A stretch of 64,000 nt of DNA from Dicyema japonicum (GCA_011109175.1 RDEW01000022.1:353834-417833); one strand, 5' to 3'; positions 35,880 to 49,621 are shown, counted from the stretch's first letter. The notes: generated by a model not told the origin, from the sequence alone. Numbers and translations: made by a program.

Positions 35880-37830
35880 ATGTCTTTGTTGGTTAATTTG
35901 CACAACAGTATAATAATATAATTTATTAAGAAATAATGGATGAAATGATAGACCATAATCGTCATCAACAGTCCATCCTCATACTTGATGAACGAACTAA
36001 AAAAATTATGTCTTCTTGTTTTAAACTTCACCAACTTGCTGACAAGGGAATATGCAGTTTGTATAATTACTAATACTCAGGTGTCGAACGACTAGAATCT
36101 AAAAGACAAATTCTAGCAATGCATGCCATTTACTTTATATCCCCCACAAGTGCCTCCTTTGGCTTCTTAATTGATGACTTTGATTCTAAAACTACATATG
36201 CCTCTGCTAGGGTCTTCACTGCTGGGGCTATTTCTGATGATTTAATTAACACTGTCTCTCAAAACAATGTACGGCAGATTCCTTCTACAAGTGACTGAAC
36301 TTGATGTCGACTTTATTCCCTTTTCTGCCAATGTACTCACTTTGGACAGTCCTCAGTCCTTCCATGATAACTTTGAGAACACTCAATCAGCATTCCCAGT
36401 GAGTCTGCAATGGAATATAGAGTCCCTTGTCTCTTTCTGTTCCTTTCTTAGAGATATCCCTAATATTGCTTACTATAAGTTGTGTTTGGGCTAATATCAG
36501 ACTGGGAAAGAATACTCACAAATTCGCCACCTTACTGAATGAGCGAGTCTCTTCGTTGGCCACAGAGGACAATAAAACTGTATAATTATTAACTTAATCA
36601 GGAGTTTTCGTCAAAGAAATCTCTATTATTGGTGCTGGAACGCAGTTTTGATGTGATTACTCCAATAATTCACTCTCTTCGATTGGAATCCCTAGTTTAC
36701 GACATTTTGAGAATGGAAGGGAATGTTTATATGTAAATGTGCTATCATAAGGCAGTCCTCAGGGAGCAGATTCTAAGGAAGGGGGAGTAGTCCTCGATGA
36801 CTATAATGAGTGTTGGACTCGTTACAGACACATGCACATTGCCATGGCTATAAAGTTGTAATTATGTGAACTCCCAGAGACATCACTCAGTCAATAAAGA
36901 CTCTCAACAAGGAAGTGACAGAGAAAAGGACAGAATCAAAGTCAGTCTCCTCATTTGCGGATAGTCTAAAGCAGATGCCTCTTTATAGAAAACAATTATC
37001 TCATTTGACAACTCTATTAAAGATTGGTGAAGAATGCACAGCCTATTGTCAATCTGGGGGACAGGATGCTTGCATGGTAGAACAGGAGTTGGTGAGTGGA
37101 GTGGATAGAAATGGAGAGAGCATAAAAGACCTGATGGTTACAATTCTCCCAATATTATGTAATAAAAAAGTAAGTATTGCTGCCAAATTGAGAGTGTTCT
37201 TTTTATATGTCATTCAGAAGAAAGGTCATTATATTTATGTATTCAAGGAATATCAAGGGATAATTTGGATAGAATTCTAGGACATGCTGCTATTCCTGTC
37301 TCTGACACTAATGTTGTTGGCAATTTACAAAATTTAGGAGTTAAAATATTCGAACAAAATGTTACTATTATTATTAACCAAAGAATCCTTATGTGGACCA
37401 CTATTATAGAAAATGTCCCGTAGATGTTAGTCAGGACGAAACACTAGTTGGTACTAGGTGGAACCCCTGTGTTGCCAATCTCACTAAAGTTTATAATTTA
37501 CTCAATTTAGGATATTCTATCTAATAAATTGAATAAAAACATGTTCTCCTTGTTGGACGGTGGAGTCCCCACTCTCAATACATCAAAAGTCGTAAGGTTA
37601 ATAATATTATCACCATTAGTGCTCGATATAGTGCCTGGGCTTCTAAGGACTCTAAAAAGACAGAGAATAGAGTTAATTTGATAATATATGTGATTGGGGG
37701 AATCACTCTCAGTGAGATTGCTGCAGTAAGTGATTTAAATGAGGAATTTGGGAGTAAATGTAATATTATATTGGCTTCTGATTTCATAACAACATGGCCT
37801 GTGTTTTTGGATAAATTAAAGACATTATAA
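35880..37830 (+). CDS. STXBP1: Sec1/Munc18 family syntaxin-binding protein
   Basis: 'KIMDEMI...ILILDERTKKIMSSCFK', 'HAIYFISPT', 'LTELDVDFIPFSANVLTLDS', 'LERSFDVITPIIHSL', 'LKQMPLYRKQLS' and 'LIIYVIGGITLSEI...FLDKLKTL*'. Confidence 0.92.
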
Positions 37831-37889
37831 TTAATGTTGTCTTAAACATTTTCTCACATGTGGCTAACAACTAGTATTTTTAAGTTTTC

Positions 37890-38860
37890 GATTAATTACT
37901 GGTAGTTGTTGTGGGCTAGATTCCTAAACCCACTCCCTTCTCTGTGACTCATCTACATCATAAGAGGCTATCCACTTATCTCAGGAGACGCCCAGTACCT
38001 GGCCTCATCCAAAGAGTAAAAATTCCCACAATGGTGAATATGGTTTGACTCGATGTTGGGGAGGTCACTCCGTCCGTGTGAACTGAATATACTTGATTTA
38101 TTTTAAAATCTCTTATGTCTATAAAGAATTTAGGACAATCAAATGAACTAACCATCCTTACCTTAAATGTCAGAGGCCTGAGTAACTAGGAGGCATCTTC
38201 TATGTTCTGATGTTGAGAAATACCGGGGTTATGTATGCTGCTTTCAGGAGACTAAAATAAAAAATGGACTCGATGAAGTACATGGAAATTACCGCTTAAT
38301 ATTGCTTCCCTTACGACTAAGTACAAGATCCAGAAATTCGAGGAAACTAATCTCAATTATCAACGTCACCACACAGTTGACATATCCTAAAAATCCGGAA
38401 GAACTCCACCTGTTCTACGAGGAAGTGGGGACAATATTTACAGACCTCAGTTCATCATACTCATTGTTCATTGTCGGGGACTGGAATACGTAAGTGGGAA
38501 CTCGTAGAGGAAATGAAAGATTCATTGGACAGCACAGAAGAGGAATCAGAAACTTTCCGGGAACTATCTTGGCAGAATTTTACCAGGTATTTGATCTGTT
38601 CCTAAGTAATAGTGTTTCCAACACCCCGCTCGTCATAAAACGACATGGACTGTGCAACAAACTCTTACCTACCTAAGGCTCTATTAACATTTTCAACCAA
38701 ATTGACTACATCATCTGCTTAGTCAAAGAAAAATCACTCATACGTGCCTCGAGGTCTTACGGAGGTGCAGCTATCGACAGTGATCAGAAGATAGTCTCTG
38801 CAAGTTCACTACGATACAAAATGGAACAACTGTGTTCCAATTGATTACAACAAGTCCGTC
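37890..38860 (+). mobile_element. RTE LINE 5' part (APE endonuclease), decayed
   Basis: 'NELTILTLNVRGL', 'AAFQET', 'SLFIVGDWN' and 'SDQKIV'. Confidence 0.75.
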
Positions 38861-38869
38861 GTTGTAATC

Positions 38870-39330
38870 AGTGAATTCTTCCATATATTTGTTATTGTAT
38901 GGGAATTGATAGAATAGTTGTATAACCTCGATAACACGATATGTGCCTAAAGTGAATAGCACAAACACTGTCTGGGCCACATGCATGGGTGGGCATAGCA
39001 ATTTAATAGTATTGTCCACATCATGGAGAGTGAAGTAGGTAGTATATGGTTTCTGTTGTGGACCACATGCAGAGAGCGAGAGAAATTCTTGTGGCTGATC
39101 AACACATAATATTTCATAAGATTATGTGCAAATTTGAATGCAGGTTCCGAACGGTTTCCACTCCGCCGCCATCTTCGTTTATAAGACTGTTGATACTTCT
39201 CATTGTTTTCCAGAAGGTGCCACACGACTTTTTGTAGCATAGTCGATTAGCAAGCCAATTCCATTTGTGTCTGTGGTTAGCACGGATTAGTTGGTATATT
39301 TTAAAATTAAGTGAGATTATGGACGATATA
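38870..39330 (-). mobile_element. LINE linker/RT0 fragment
   Basis: 'IRANHRHKWNWLANRL...TFWKTMRSI' and a 'CGPDSV' RT0-like motif. Confidence 0.6.
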
Positions 39331-39333
39331 GAG

Positions 39334-39900
39334 CAGTGGTTCCCAACCTTAAGGTGCTCGCGCAATCCCTTGTAGGTTAATTTATTTTTTGCGAAACCCT
39401 TCCAATTCAATTATTACAATTTTCACTAAAAACATAATCGTAATAACCAAAAACAATTTTAATGTGAACATTGAGGTAACTTTTTGTAGTAACATAGTTG
39501 TGCAACGTTAGGAGTTATTGCTGACAACTGCATCCTCATATCAGGGAAGTTTTGGTAGATTATATATTGAAAACCCGACTCGCATAAGTACTGTACTTTT
39601 TCTGAAATATCAGATATTTTGAAATGTATGCTCTCCAAAAATTAAGAAGGGATTCAATTTTAAATATCTGATTTGACGTTGATTCTGATGTCAATAAAAT
39701 GTTCATATTCAATTGATGTTAAATTTGCTTGTGTTATTTTAACTTTGAATGGATTTTGAACCCAATCGTTATCAAATTTACACGGAAAATACTTCGCAAT
39801 GTTATCGTCCAAAATCACCAAATGATCTTTGATGTGTTGAAGACCTGTATCGTCCAATGCTGATTTTGATTCATCGAGATATTTTTGCAGAACGGTTGAC
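39334..39900 (-). mobile_element. hAT 3' end (same family as 21343-22480)
   Basis: TIR CAGTGGTTCCCAACC at 39334; colinear with 21370-21930. Confidence 0.85.
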
Positions 39901-40289
39901 TTCAAAATATTATTTACGGTTGACCGTCAAAATTTGTTCGCCATAAATAAACTCGATGATCTATGTTGAACATGGCTATATAAGATTTTCGACAATTATG
40001 CTACAAAAAAACTCACTTGTTTAATTAAAATAATTCTATTCTTCTCCACAGCGTGGTACAAGATAACTCATTTATTAAAATAATTACTCTGGTCGGTTTT
40101 AAGTTCTCATCTTTCGCAAAATTGGACATTTCCAACTTGCACCTTGTAGATGCATTCAATATTTTTTTGATCTCATGCAATTAGTGAAATCAATCCAGTC
40201 TGCCTTTGAATAGTTCTTGAACTTTGTAGAACATCTTGAAAAATATTCCTTATTATTACCCCCAGGATCACTAATTATCGTCGGAAACT

Positions 40290-40670
40290 GTCCTTTCATA
40301 TGTAGCCTCGTTTTGACCTCCAAAAATATTGGATTGTGGTCAATGGATGAGGGTTATTGTTACGTCGAGTAGGTGTTCATGTGTGGAAATCCTGTTCGTG
40401 ATTATGCAGAGACTGTGAAGGTCCTCAATTATCATCTTCCCCTTTTGTCATGGGCTTGTATTGTCAACCATAATGGGTGCTTCGCATTAAAGTCACCACA
40501 GATAATCACATCCCTCAGTCAAGTGAGAAGAGTGCTTTTGGGAGCACAGGAAGAGAAGGAACTCAAGGCGGTATATATGCGTTGACCAATATTATTGAAA
40601 TTCTTGAGAATAGTACTTTCGTAGCCACGGGCAATATCGATTTACGGATCGTACTCAACCTGAAATCGTA
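40290..40670 (-). mobile_element. APE endonuclease fragment of a LINE
   Basis: 'ILVNAYIPP', 'VIICGDFNAKHPLW' and 'IDHNPI'. Confidence 0.75.
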
Positions 40671-40674
40671 GTCA

Positions 40675-41689
40675 ATTATTATTATTAATAAGCTTAAAAT
40701 CACCAGGTTAACTGATTAAAAAGAAAACGCTATCAGGTGATCTTGGCTTCTCTCAGCAATATTCTCATCTCTTACCGGTGTTGCTCTCGGGACCCGACAC
40801 ATTTTCGATAACACCGTTCATCTGGCGGTTTTCCATTTTGGGTGAATATGCCGCAGGAATTCATCACAAGGAGTTCAAATATGGTTGCCCTTATTGGTAG
40901 TCTTGTGAGTCGGGAGATTGTTTAGGTCAAATTGGATTCGGCGGAGTTGATCATATCCATGTTTGTTTTGGCTGATAATGAATTGGGTGTATAACGCTGA
41001 TAATGACTGGATTGAGGATCCTTTAAATTTTGAGACGAGCATTCGTGCCGAGGAACTGATTACGTTTGACACAAGTGTGCTGAAGGTCATGAGTCAAATG
41101 TTACTCCCATAATCTTGGCTTGTTTCTTATTTGGATTAGTTCACCATTCGAAAATAGTTCAACCGAATAGCTTGATAGCCTTCTATTAAAAAAGAGAAGT
41201 AAAAGACTTTTCTGTAGACGTTGACATTGAATTTCTTTTCAACCATTCATGGAGTCTTTCCAGAATAGTTTGCAATTTCTTTGTAACTGTCGTAGCACAT
41301 GTATCCTTGCAAGTATATATTATGTCATTCGGTCGAACTGGCAGTCTTCCAGATAACAGTGTATCTGGGAAGTGTTTGGATTGGTTGAAGAGTGTGTTAG
41401 CATGGTCTCCAATAAGAGACACACGTCGACGTCGTATTTCTTTAAGAAGTTCCTGAGCTCAATTTTCTTCCATATATGTTGAGTTGAAGGATGGAAAGAG
41501 ATTTCGCTGGTCCAGGATTAGATTTGATGTCTCCAGAGATGAGAGCGTTCTTAACAGGTCACATGAGTAGTACTGAGAGAGCCGTCCAAGAGAGACATTC
41601 TTCTTGGATTGGGGTGAGCAAATGATTCTTTTAACTGTGTGACTAATCCCACAGTTGGCGCCACCAGGAACGGCAAACCACATGACGCC
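40675..41689 (-). mobile_element. ~1-kb internally deleted Ingi/Vingi-like element retaining both ends
   Basis: 5' leader, 'ISGDIKSNPGP', APE start 'ILQLNI', a jump to RT 'LERLHEWLKRNSM', C-terminus 'EMRILLREAKIT*' and tail TTATTAATAATAAT. Confidence 0.85.
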
Positions 41690-41798
41690 TTAATTATACG
41701 GTAATTGCCTGTTGACCTCTACCCAGGGTTATTAAACAAATTATAGATTGATTATAAATAATAACTAATTAAAATTTATTTAAATTTAAAAATATTTA

Positions 41799-42465
41799 AT
41801 GTCTCTCTCAATCCCTATTGTGTACATTGATTGTCTAAAATCAGCCCTCGATGAGTCACAATATAATCACAAACACTATGAGGATATTATTGACTTTTGT
41901 ATACATTCACTATATAATAACAATGTGACTTGGTATAAAGGTTTACTACATATATATTATTACAGAATGTACTCACTCTAAACCAGTCTTCCAAAAGTTT
42001 CACGAATCTATAATATCAATTATACTAGAATGTGCTAAACACAACATTGATGATGAGGAATTAATGTAGTTTCTGCTCAACAGTTTTAGGAATCACTTAG
42101 TGGAACACAATCTTAATCAAGACTTTGCTTCTCTAATATCCACAAAATACAAGTCAGAAAAGCAATTCCTGAGGGATTATCTAGCAAACAGATCATTTAG
42201 ATTTGGACAGATTGTGGATATTGAGTGGACTTGTGATTCTCTTATAATGGTTATTAAGTGGTCATTATTGTAGAGTAATTCGCGTGAAAGACCAATCGAT
42301 TCGGCATCAGTGAGTATAACACTCTTCATTAAGGTTATTATTATTAGTAAATATAAGGAAGAAAGGGGGATAAGAAAAGTCAAGTTTAATTGTAATAAAG
42401 CACAATTACAGAGTTTGGTGACAGAATTGAGGAGTGCTTGTAATAGCATTAAGTCTTTTAATTAA
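41799..42465 (+). CDS. COMMD3: COMM domain-containing protein 3-like
   Basis: Spliced: 'KFHESIISIILECAKHNID...KYKSEKQFLRDYL...GQIVDIEWT...KVKFNCNKAQLQSLVTELRSACNSIK'. This parallels COMMD3 (ILEAGKH; ITDVSW; FSCSMEQLQDLVGKLKDA). Confidence 0.78.
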
Positions 42466-42522
42466 TATTATTGATTTAATATTTTATAACATATTATTAT
42501 AATTTGAATTAATTTTAACATA

Positions 42523-45500
42523 ATGTCTGATTTGTTGTCATCTTTAATAAGTGACCTAAATAGCCTGAAAAGCCAGATTAGTAGAAGGACTGATCACCTC
42601 AAGACTGTATACTCTAATAATAATCCTAGTCATGCTCTACTACCATTGAATTGATTACTAATTCTGGAGATAATGACAATCTTATATCACGTTTTATCCC
42701 ATCAGTATTTTAGTTATCAAGACTGACTCAGTTCCGTATCTGTCTCCCTTTTTTGAGGCACTCAACTCGAAGAATCCCCCTTTTGTTGTAATTGGACTAC
42801 AAGGAATAATGCGATGTATTGCTGTCAAGGCTGTTGACTCTGTACATATCTGTCCTAATATAGGCTGGGGTTGATCATCTCATCTCCCTCCTTTTTCATC
42901 TAAGTTCATGTGGTTTAGAGGAATTGAAAATCCTTCAAACAAGTTCATTGCTCATATCTATGTACGAGAACATATCCACAGATGCATTAAGACAAGTTTA
43001 TTATTTTACATAATCCAGGTACTCTCTCTCACATTCTCACTAACAAGATCCAATGTTCAATCGGTAGCCATGACTGCTCTAGCAGTTGTCAACCAACTCT
43101 CATTACTTATAATAGAAAGGGCTTCCATCCCTCCAATTTGTGTCAGGAAATCCAGTTTTGTTGACAAATCAGTCCCAAGTGGAGTTAATCCATATGAAAG
43201 AGACGCATTTTTGTTTATCCGTGATATATGTCTGGTATTTGGTGGTGATGAACCCATTTTCATATATGGAATGTGTGATCCCAAACTATGTGTCGATATT
43301 CTACACTCTCTTTTATCCCATACTATATTTAGAACAGTAATTTGATTTTCAATATTTAGAATGAAGTATTTAAGCAATTGGTATGTAATATTGTGTGTCC
43401 TACCATAATACAACTCCTTCCCAGAGGCAGATCCATTGAAAGTAACTATAAAAACCCAAGTGCTATATTCTCAATCCGCCAGAGAGTTCTCAGAATTGTT
43501 GTAATGCTTGTGCAGACTTTTGAATATTTAGTACTATAATATAATATATTAGTCCCCCAACTTCACTTAATGGCTTGTTTACTTTCAAAAATGACGGTTA
43601 TTAGTGATTTACGTTTTTGTTGTCTCTCTGTTGAAACACTACAGTGCTTTCTGGAAACTATATTTATTGAGAGGTACTTTTAAATATATTTTAGAACTTT
43701 GAATGAGGAGGATTTAGAAAATAGGATCTGTTTGACTAATGCTATAAAGGAGACTCTTGTGGCTTATTCTGGGTTGTGTTGGAATGAGTCTATTATGTGG
43801 AATAAGGAGAGTATTTCAGATGTGAATGATGAGAGTGGATTTATATTGGGGAGTGTTCATCACCCACTCATTAGATTGTCCACCTGTGATGGTTTCCCTA
43901 AGGGGTTTATAGTGAATTGGTAGTAGTAATGGTTATATAGTCTAAACTATGAGGGATCTGACTTACCCATCGTAAATGTCTCGTTTCTAATAAGTCTAAT
44001 CCATATAAAAATACAAAATATTATGGACGTATTAACAAATATGCTTGATAATGATGGTTTATTTATTATTTTACATAGATTATAATAAATCACGAGTTAT
44101 TGAGTTGTATAATTTTGTATTCTCTCCATTAATTGAATGTCTTACTCTGTTTGTGATCACATGGTGGATGTTATATTAATATTAGTGATTCTGTTGCTCA
44201 GTTGTCTTACTTGATGGGGTTTATTAGACGACATTTGTTTATAATATCTAATAATGAAATGAAGGAACAAACGAGATGTTGGTTGCTCTTTTGGTGGGTA
44301 TTATGGTGCCTCGTCGTTTTGCTGGGATTTTATTATACGAGTCGGTTAATCGATATTTGGAGGACTGTTAGTATTTGAATATATTTGTAGATTTTGGATA
44401 TTCTCATTTGTATGACCAAGTATATGGTAGTAATGCTGTACTGGTTATTTTATATTTTATTATAGGCACTACAAAAGCGTGAAATGTCAATATTATTTGT
44501 CCTCAATCTTATTGAACAACAGAGTTATTCCATTACTTACGGATGGAGACCAATATTCCTATCTATTAATGTAATATGTAATATCACTCAGATTGTTTAT
44601 ATTTTAAAGGGAATCAGACCTGTCTTTAATTTCTCAAAGACTACTGATACTATACTCAATTGTAAATCATTAGATTGGGTGCTCTCGGATGGACTCTTTA
44701 ACCTAATTTGGACTATACCTTCTGAAATTGAGGACTTTAGACTGATCCCCCATATTTCTCAATCTGTGTCGTATTAATTGTTGTAATTGTAAGTAAAATG
44801 GATGACTCCTTTGTAATACAAATGTTGGACAGTCTTATTAATACTATTATAGAACGTACTCGGTCGTTACATGTCAATGTTACTTTACTATATTATTATA
44901 GGAGGAAATGATGGCTCTTTTTATGACATGGTTGGCTGTCTTTTCTCAATATAATCTGTTCAGACTTAATGTTTGGTGGGAGTCATTTACTCTCTGCTTA
45001 AATCTGGTAGTCACTTAACTTTATTAAGTTTCTTACATATAAAACTGTATCAATAAGGCACATGTCTCTTGGATTTGGTTGTTCTTTATTTCTGTACTCT
45101 CTGGCTGTTTCAAATATTCCCAATTCTATTAGTCTTATAAAGTCATTTCCTAATAATGAAGAATCTCGTATGTTTCAGTTGGACTGTGTTGGTCTATTAC
45201 TATCAATCCCACAGTTGGATGACTATTGGTGTGATATTATATCCATTTTGGGTGTCAACCAACAATTTGCAATGTTTATTTTATTATTTAATAATTAGTG
45301 ATAGTTTGGTTAAGAAATCATTTCAGCACATTCAAACCATTTCTTCTCGTTTTCTAGAATTCCTTCCCAGTAATGTTATCATCCTACTGATTGACCGTAT
45401 CATGGAGTTTACTCAATCATGGGTTGACCTTAACACGAGTCTATCAGCCGTGTCATTATTGGTTGTGATTTGGGCTTATTTTAGTGGGGAATATGTGACA

Positions 45501-47595
45501 ATATTTCACTAAAATCTTGTGATGTTTCTGATCTTTTTGTCATATATTTTTCAGTTTATGTGTGTGTTGTGTGGAGGAACGCTTTGCTTTACGTCGTTCT
45601 GCTGTAATGTCACTCTATTCCTCTATTACAGCCAATGGGAGATTGGTGGATGATGTTCATTGGTCATCCCTTATTAAAGTATGTGTTTACCTAATCTAGA
45701 AATTATTTACTACTTTTGAAGAAATTGAGAAGATTATGAAACTCAATGAAAACTCTCAACAGTGGATTGAGACTTTTGTGTCCTATTTTGATGGATTTGG
45801 TAGAACTCTGACTGACAGATTGGGATTACTAATAACTGAGAGTATTTGTTGTTTATATTATTAGATGAGTTTGATAAACTTTGGGATGGGTTTGTTGATG
45901 CTGTTATTAGGGGATCTCTTGATAGTTCGGAATCAATATCACTATCTGTTCTCACTACATTCTGTGATGTTGTATATTCATTTTCTGATGTTTCCTCACA
46001 ATCTATTGAACGGGCTATTTTGTTGGGGTGGGATCATTGGATTGATTTGGCTCACAACTTTGTCCACTTTAGAACAAATGTGAGTAATTCCAAACAGCCG
46101 TACAGTCAGTCACATTTGACTGCATTTATTAATGGATTCGGAATACTGTTGGATAATTTGAGTTTTGATAAGTATTGTGTTATTATTATGTAGAATATGT
46201 GAGGATGATATTGTAAAATATATGCATATTCACATTGATATCCTCAGTGTACCATTTATGGGTGACACTGCCTCAATTGCATATTCAAAGTCATATAATA
46301 ATCTCACTCAACTACAAAATGGAGTAATTGATAATTTAATCAAACTTGGAAAAGTTATATTTTTATTTAATTAGTGTTTTGGTGGTAATACTAGATCAGA
46401 ATTACATCCAGTCTTCATATCTATTATTATTACGTTTATTGAACTTGGGCTGACTAAACCAATCTTTGAGGGGTACCAACTCAAAATATTCTCTGATGGG
46501 GATTATAACATTGTATATACTTTTTGTAACTTAGACTGATTTCGTTCATTTTGGGTATGTACATTTCTCTAGTAAACTTGTAAAGCTAATTTGTACTCAT
46601 TGTGTGTCAGTAGTCAGTGATACTCTCACTCTTACTTCATTTAAACTTATTTTTGATGTAATTTGGTAGTCATTGGTAGAGACTGGCATATATTGGCTCA
46701 CGAAAGTACAAATGTTCTGAAATTCTTTGGAGATCTGCATGTCTGGGTTTGATTGAGTTATTACAGAACTTTGGTTATGTTTGTTATTACTTTTAGGCAA
46801 ATTTATTAACAAAGTTGATGTTATTCCCGCCTTTAGTCAAATATTATTTAATTCAACGTATTTGTATATTTATAGCAAAGAACTCCTGATAAACATTACA
46901 GCACTGAGAATTTAAAGATTGACCAGGATATTGACTGTAGAGTTAGGATATTGCATAATTTATAGATTGTCGAATTCCTTCGTTCTTTGTTAATAGAAAA
47001 GTCGGTTGAAAAGGAATTGGTTACCTCTGTTCTTGGTTGGCTTAAGAAGGGATCACTTCACCAATCAGAGGCTGAGTGTCAATGTTGACTTTTGTTAACA
47101 ATAAAGTGGTCCATGGAATCCAAGAACTAAATGAGTGGTTTAGACTGAGTCGAGGACAATTTGCTATTTGTTGTATAGACTCATTGATGGAGGTGGCATT
47201 TAAAGGGAAGGGTGGAGAGCTGAGTGGACTAACCATTGAAGCTGTCTTTTCATTGGTTGATCTCTGTTCAGATATTTTCATTCGCTTTACAACAGAAGCA
47301 GTACTTGGATCAAGTGAGACCTTACCTGGGTTATTTGAGTAATTAACCATAGACGGAGAAGGGTGCTAATGTTGAGGGCAACAAGGATCCTAGGACGTAT
47401 TGTTGACTTTTTGTGTGGATCGAAAGGTTTAGTGTGTTGAGTATTGAAGGTAGTGAGAGTGGGGAATTGATAAAGAGAGTTGTTAATAAGTGCTATGCTC
47501 CATTAGTGGATTGTACTATTAGTGCTGAGGTTCAAATAAGGGTGGAGATTAGGGATACTCTCCTTAAGTTTGCTTATATTTTTAACAAACTCTGA
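42523..47595 (+). CDS. MON2: MON2 (Sec7-related endosome/Golgi trafficking regulator), many micro-introns
   Basis: 'MSDLLSSLISDLNSL', 'RDAFLFIRDICLVFGGDEPIFIYG...CVDILHSLL' and C-terminal 'CYAPLVDCTISAEVQIRVEIRDTLLKF'. Confidence 0.85.
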
Positions 47596-47617
47596 TTTTT
47601 ATTATTAATAACTAAAT

Positions 47618-49204
47618 TCAATTGATTGTAGTATCAGCTTCGTTTACGATATTCTTTTCCAGTAAAATAAAATCTTCTGATGGATGGTAAACCCAATCAA
47701 TTTGTTTCTAAGTAAACGACAAGCATTACCATTCTCCACAAAAATGGAATGGCGAATGAGTGTAGTAAATATAATAGAATTCCAATTGATGATGCAAGTC
47801 CAACAGACACAAACAAATTACTAATTATTATTTTACAAATTATACGGAAGATTAACACAAATATTGCATTTCATCTTTTTTATTTCTTTAGGAAATCCAC
47901 TACAGTTAAAAAAATTGACCGCTTCATTCCTCATGCTATGATATGCTGGTGTGACTTTTTGTACAGATTTATTCACAATGACCTACATAATCGTAAGAAT
48001 CACCTCAAGTTGTAATACGATCCTTCTACATGTGTTGAATTCACTGTCAGTTGAAGTATTATTCAAAACTGAACAAGTGTTTGTGAATTTTGGGAAAATA
48101 GAAGTGAGATTAGCACCAAACTCATTTAACTGGGATTATATCACATGGTGGACCTTATTTTGTGTTTTGTCCTCGGAACAGTTGAAAAAGTAGGCAATTT
48201 CTTAGTTACAATATAATTTACTTTGGTGAGGTTGCAGATTGTCATATGTCTTACAGTAAACAATCGTCATCTGAATATTAAACACAGGTTACCAGAGGTA
48301 CTGCCATTAATAGGGATGCCTCCACCAGTCCAATCAGTAAAACAAGCCAAATCAGTGAGAATAAACTAAATGACAAATTCCTACTACAATTTTGATAATA
48401 CAACATATTTATAGAAAATACTGATTGCCATGACTATTATAAGGAAGGCCCCAACTCCAAAAAGGACAGGATGAACCAATGATCTACCATTTGTAGACAT
48501 ATTACATGTAATGGTTATCTCCAAAGTCAAACTGTGATGTGTCGTAGTTGGTAAACTCTTTTTTCATAATTTTAAATGGATTGTGCACATTTCTGAGTTG
48601 GTTTTTCGATTTATTGATAAAATCGGACAATTTTTTAATTTTTTGATAATCCGTGGTCGACTCGATATCTCTCATTTCTACCAATGTCGAGTTTATTTGG
48701 AGTGCCAGTTCATTCTCTACCCTCTCCTATCAATTCAAACAACTACTATACCAGAGTACTGTACATATCAACATACATCTCCCTAGAACTCACATATGAT
48801 TGGTGTATGTTAGTGAGGACTTGACTCATCGATATTGTCTCGAAAGCAGAAACTCCCAAAATTAATCTATTTTACTAATAAACGTACGATATTATTAAGA
48901 GGAGACCCATACTGAATAATATAAACTTTTTCTTTTGAAGTTTCCTCTTCATATTACAGAATAGGCACATCCACATACCAAGGAATATCATAACAAATAT
49001 GCCAATGATTAGAGGAAGGAGTCCCCAAAAGACAACACTCTTTGAATTGATTATTAATAAAACTATGATTTTGCTCATTTCTTCTTCATTCTCGGGGATT
49101 TCTATTGAATTGTTGAATATTCGTCCCAATTTGTTAGTTCCAGAAAGAATTGGAAGGTAATTAGCAGTCTTTACTAATTCTGACAATTCCGAACATTCCA
49201 TCAT
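47618..49204 (-). CDS. TTYH: Tweety-family (TTYH) membrane protein
   Basis: Spliced product has several TM segments, 'EIAYFFNCSE' and 'FFNCSGFPKEIKKMKCNIC' followed by the last TM, matching tweety YYLLC and LLHCRSLHKDY..GLC. Confidence 0.7.
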
Positions 49205-49621
49205 TTAGAAATGAAAATTACGAGATTTTTGTTTATCTAACCACGTAGATTTGATAACTTTATCCGATGGATCGCCCATATTTTGTAATTTGTGTTTAAT
49301 AACCTCAGATATACCTAAGCAAGTTATTTCTTACGGTTGGACTGGACCGCATCTCTTCCAAACATCCATATTCCCACTGTGGGGACCGCTTTAGATGAGA
49401 AGGAGTCCTTTTTGATGCTAGTCCGGCGCTGGGTGTCTCCTAAGACAGGAGGATTACATGCCGCATCTTAGGAATTTTAGAAGGCATGGAATCCTTCGAC
49501 CAAGTAAGTTAAGATGTGGAATTGAACCCACGGATAATTGTAGCTCGAGCACTAACTACCTTTCTACTTGGTGTCCTATCTGCTTAAATGATATATCAAC
49601 AGATCCCCAATTATTGATGGA

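Noticed and set aside
37890-38130. HDV-like ribozyme in the RTE 5' region
   Set aside because: Only local hairpins found; could not assemble P1/P2/P3.
42067-42084. 18-nt intron in COMMD3
   Set aside because: An in-frame acceptor 6 nt downstream gives a typical 24-nt intron with a better pyrimidine tract.
47821-47836. 16-nt intron in tweety
   Set aside because: An upstream GT donor gives an in-frame 25-nt intron.
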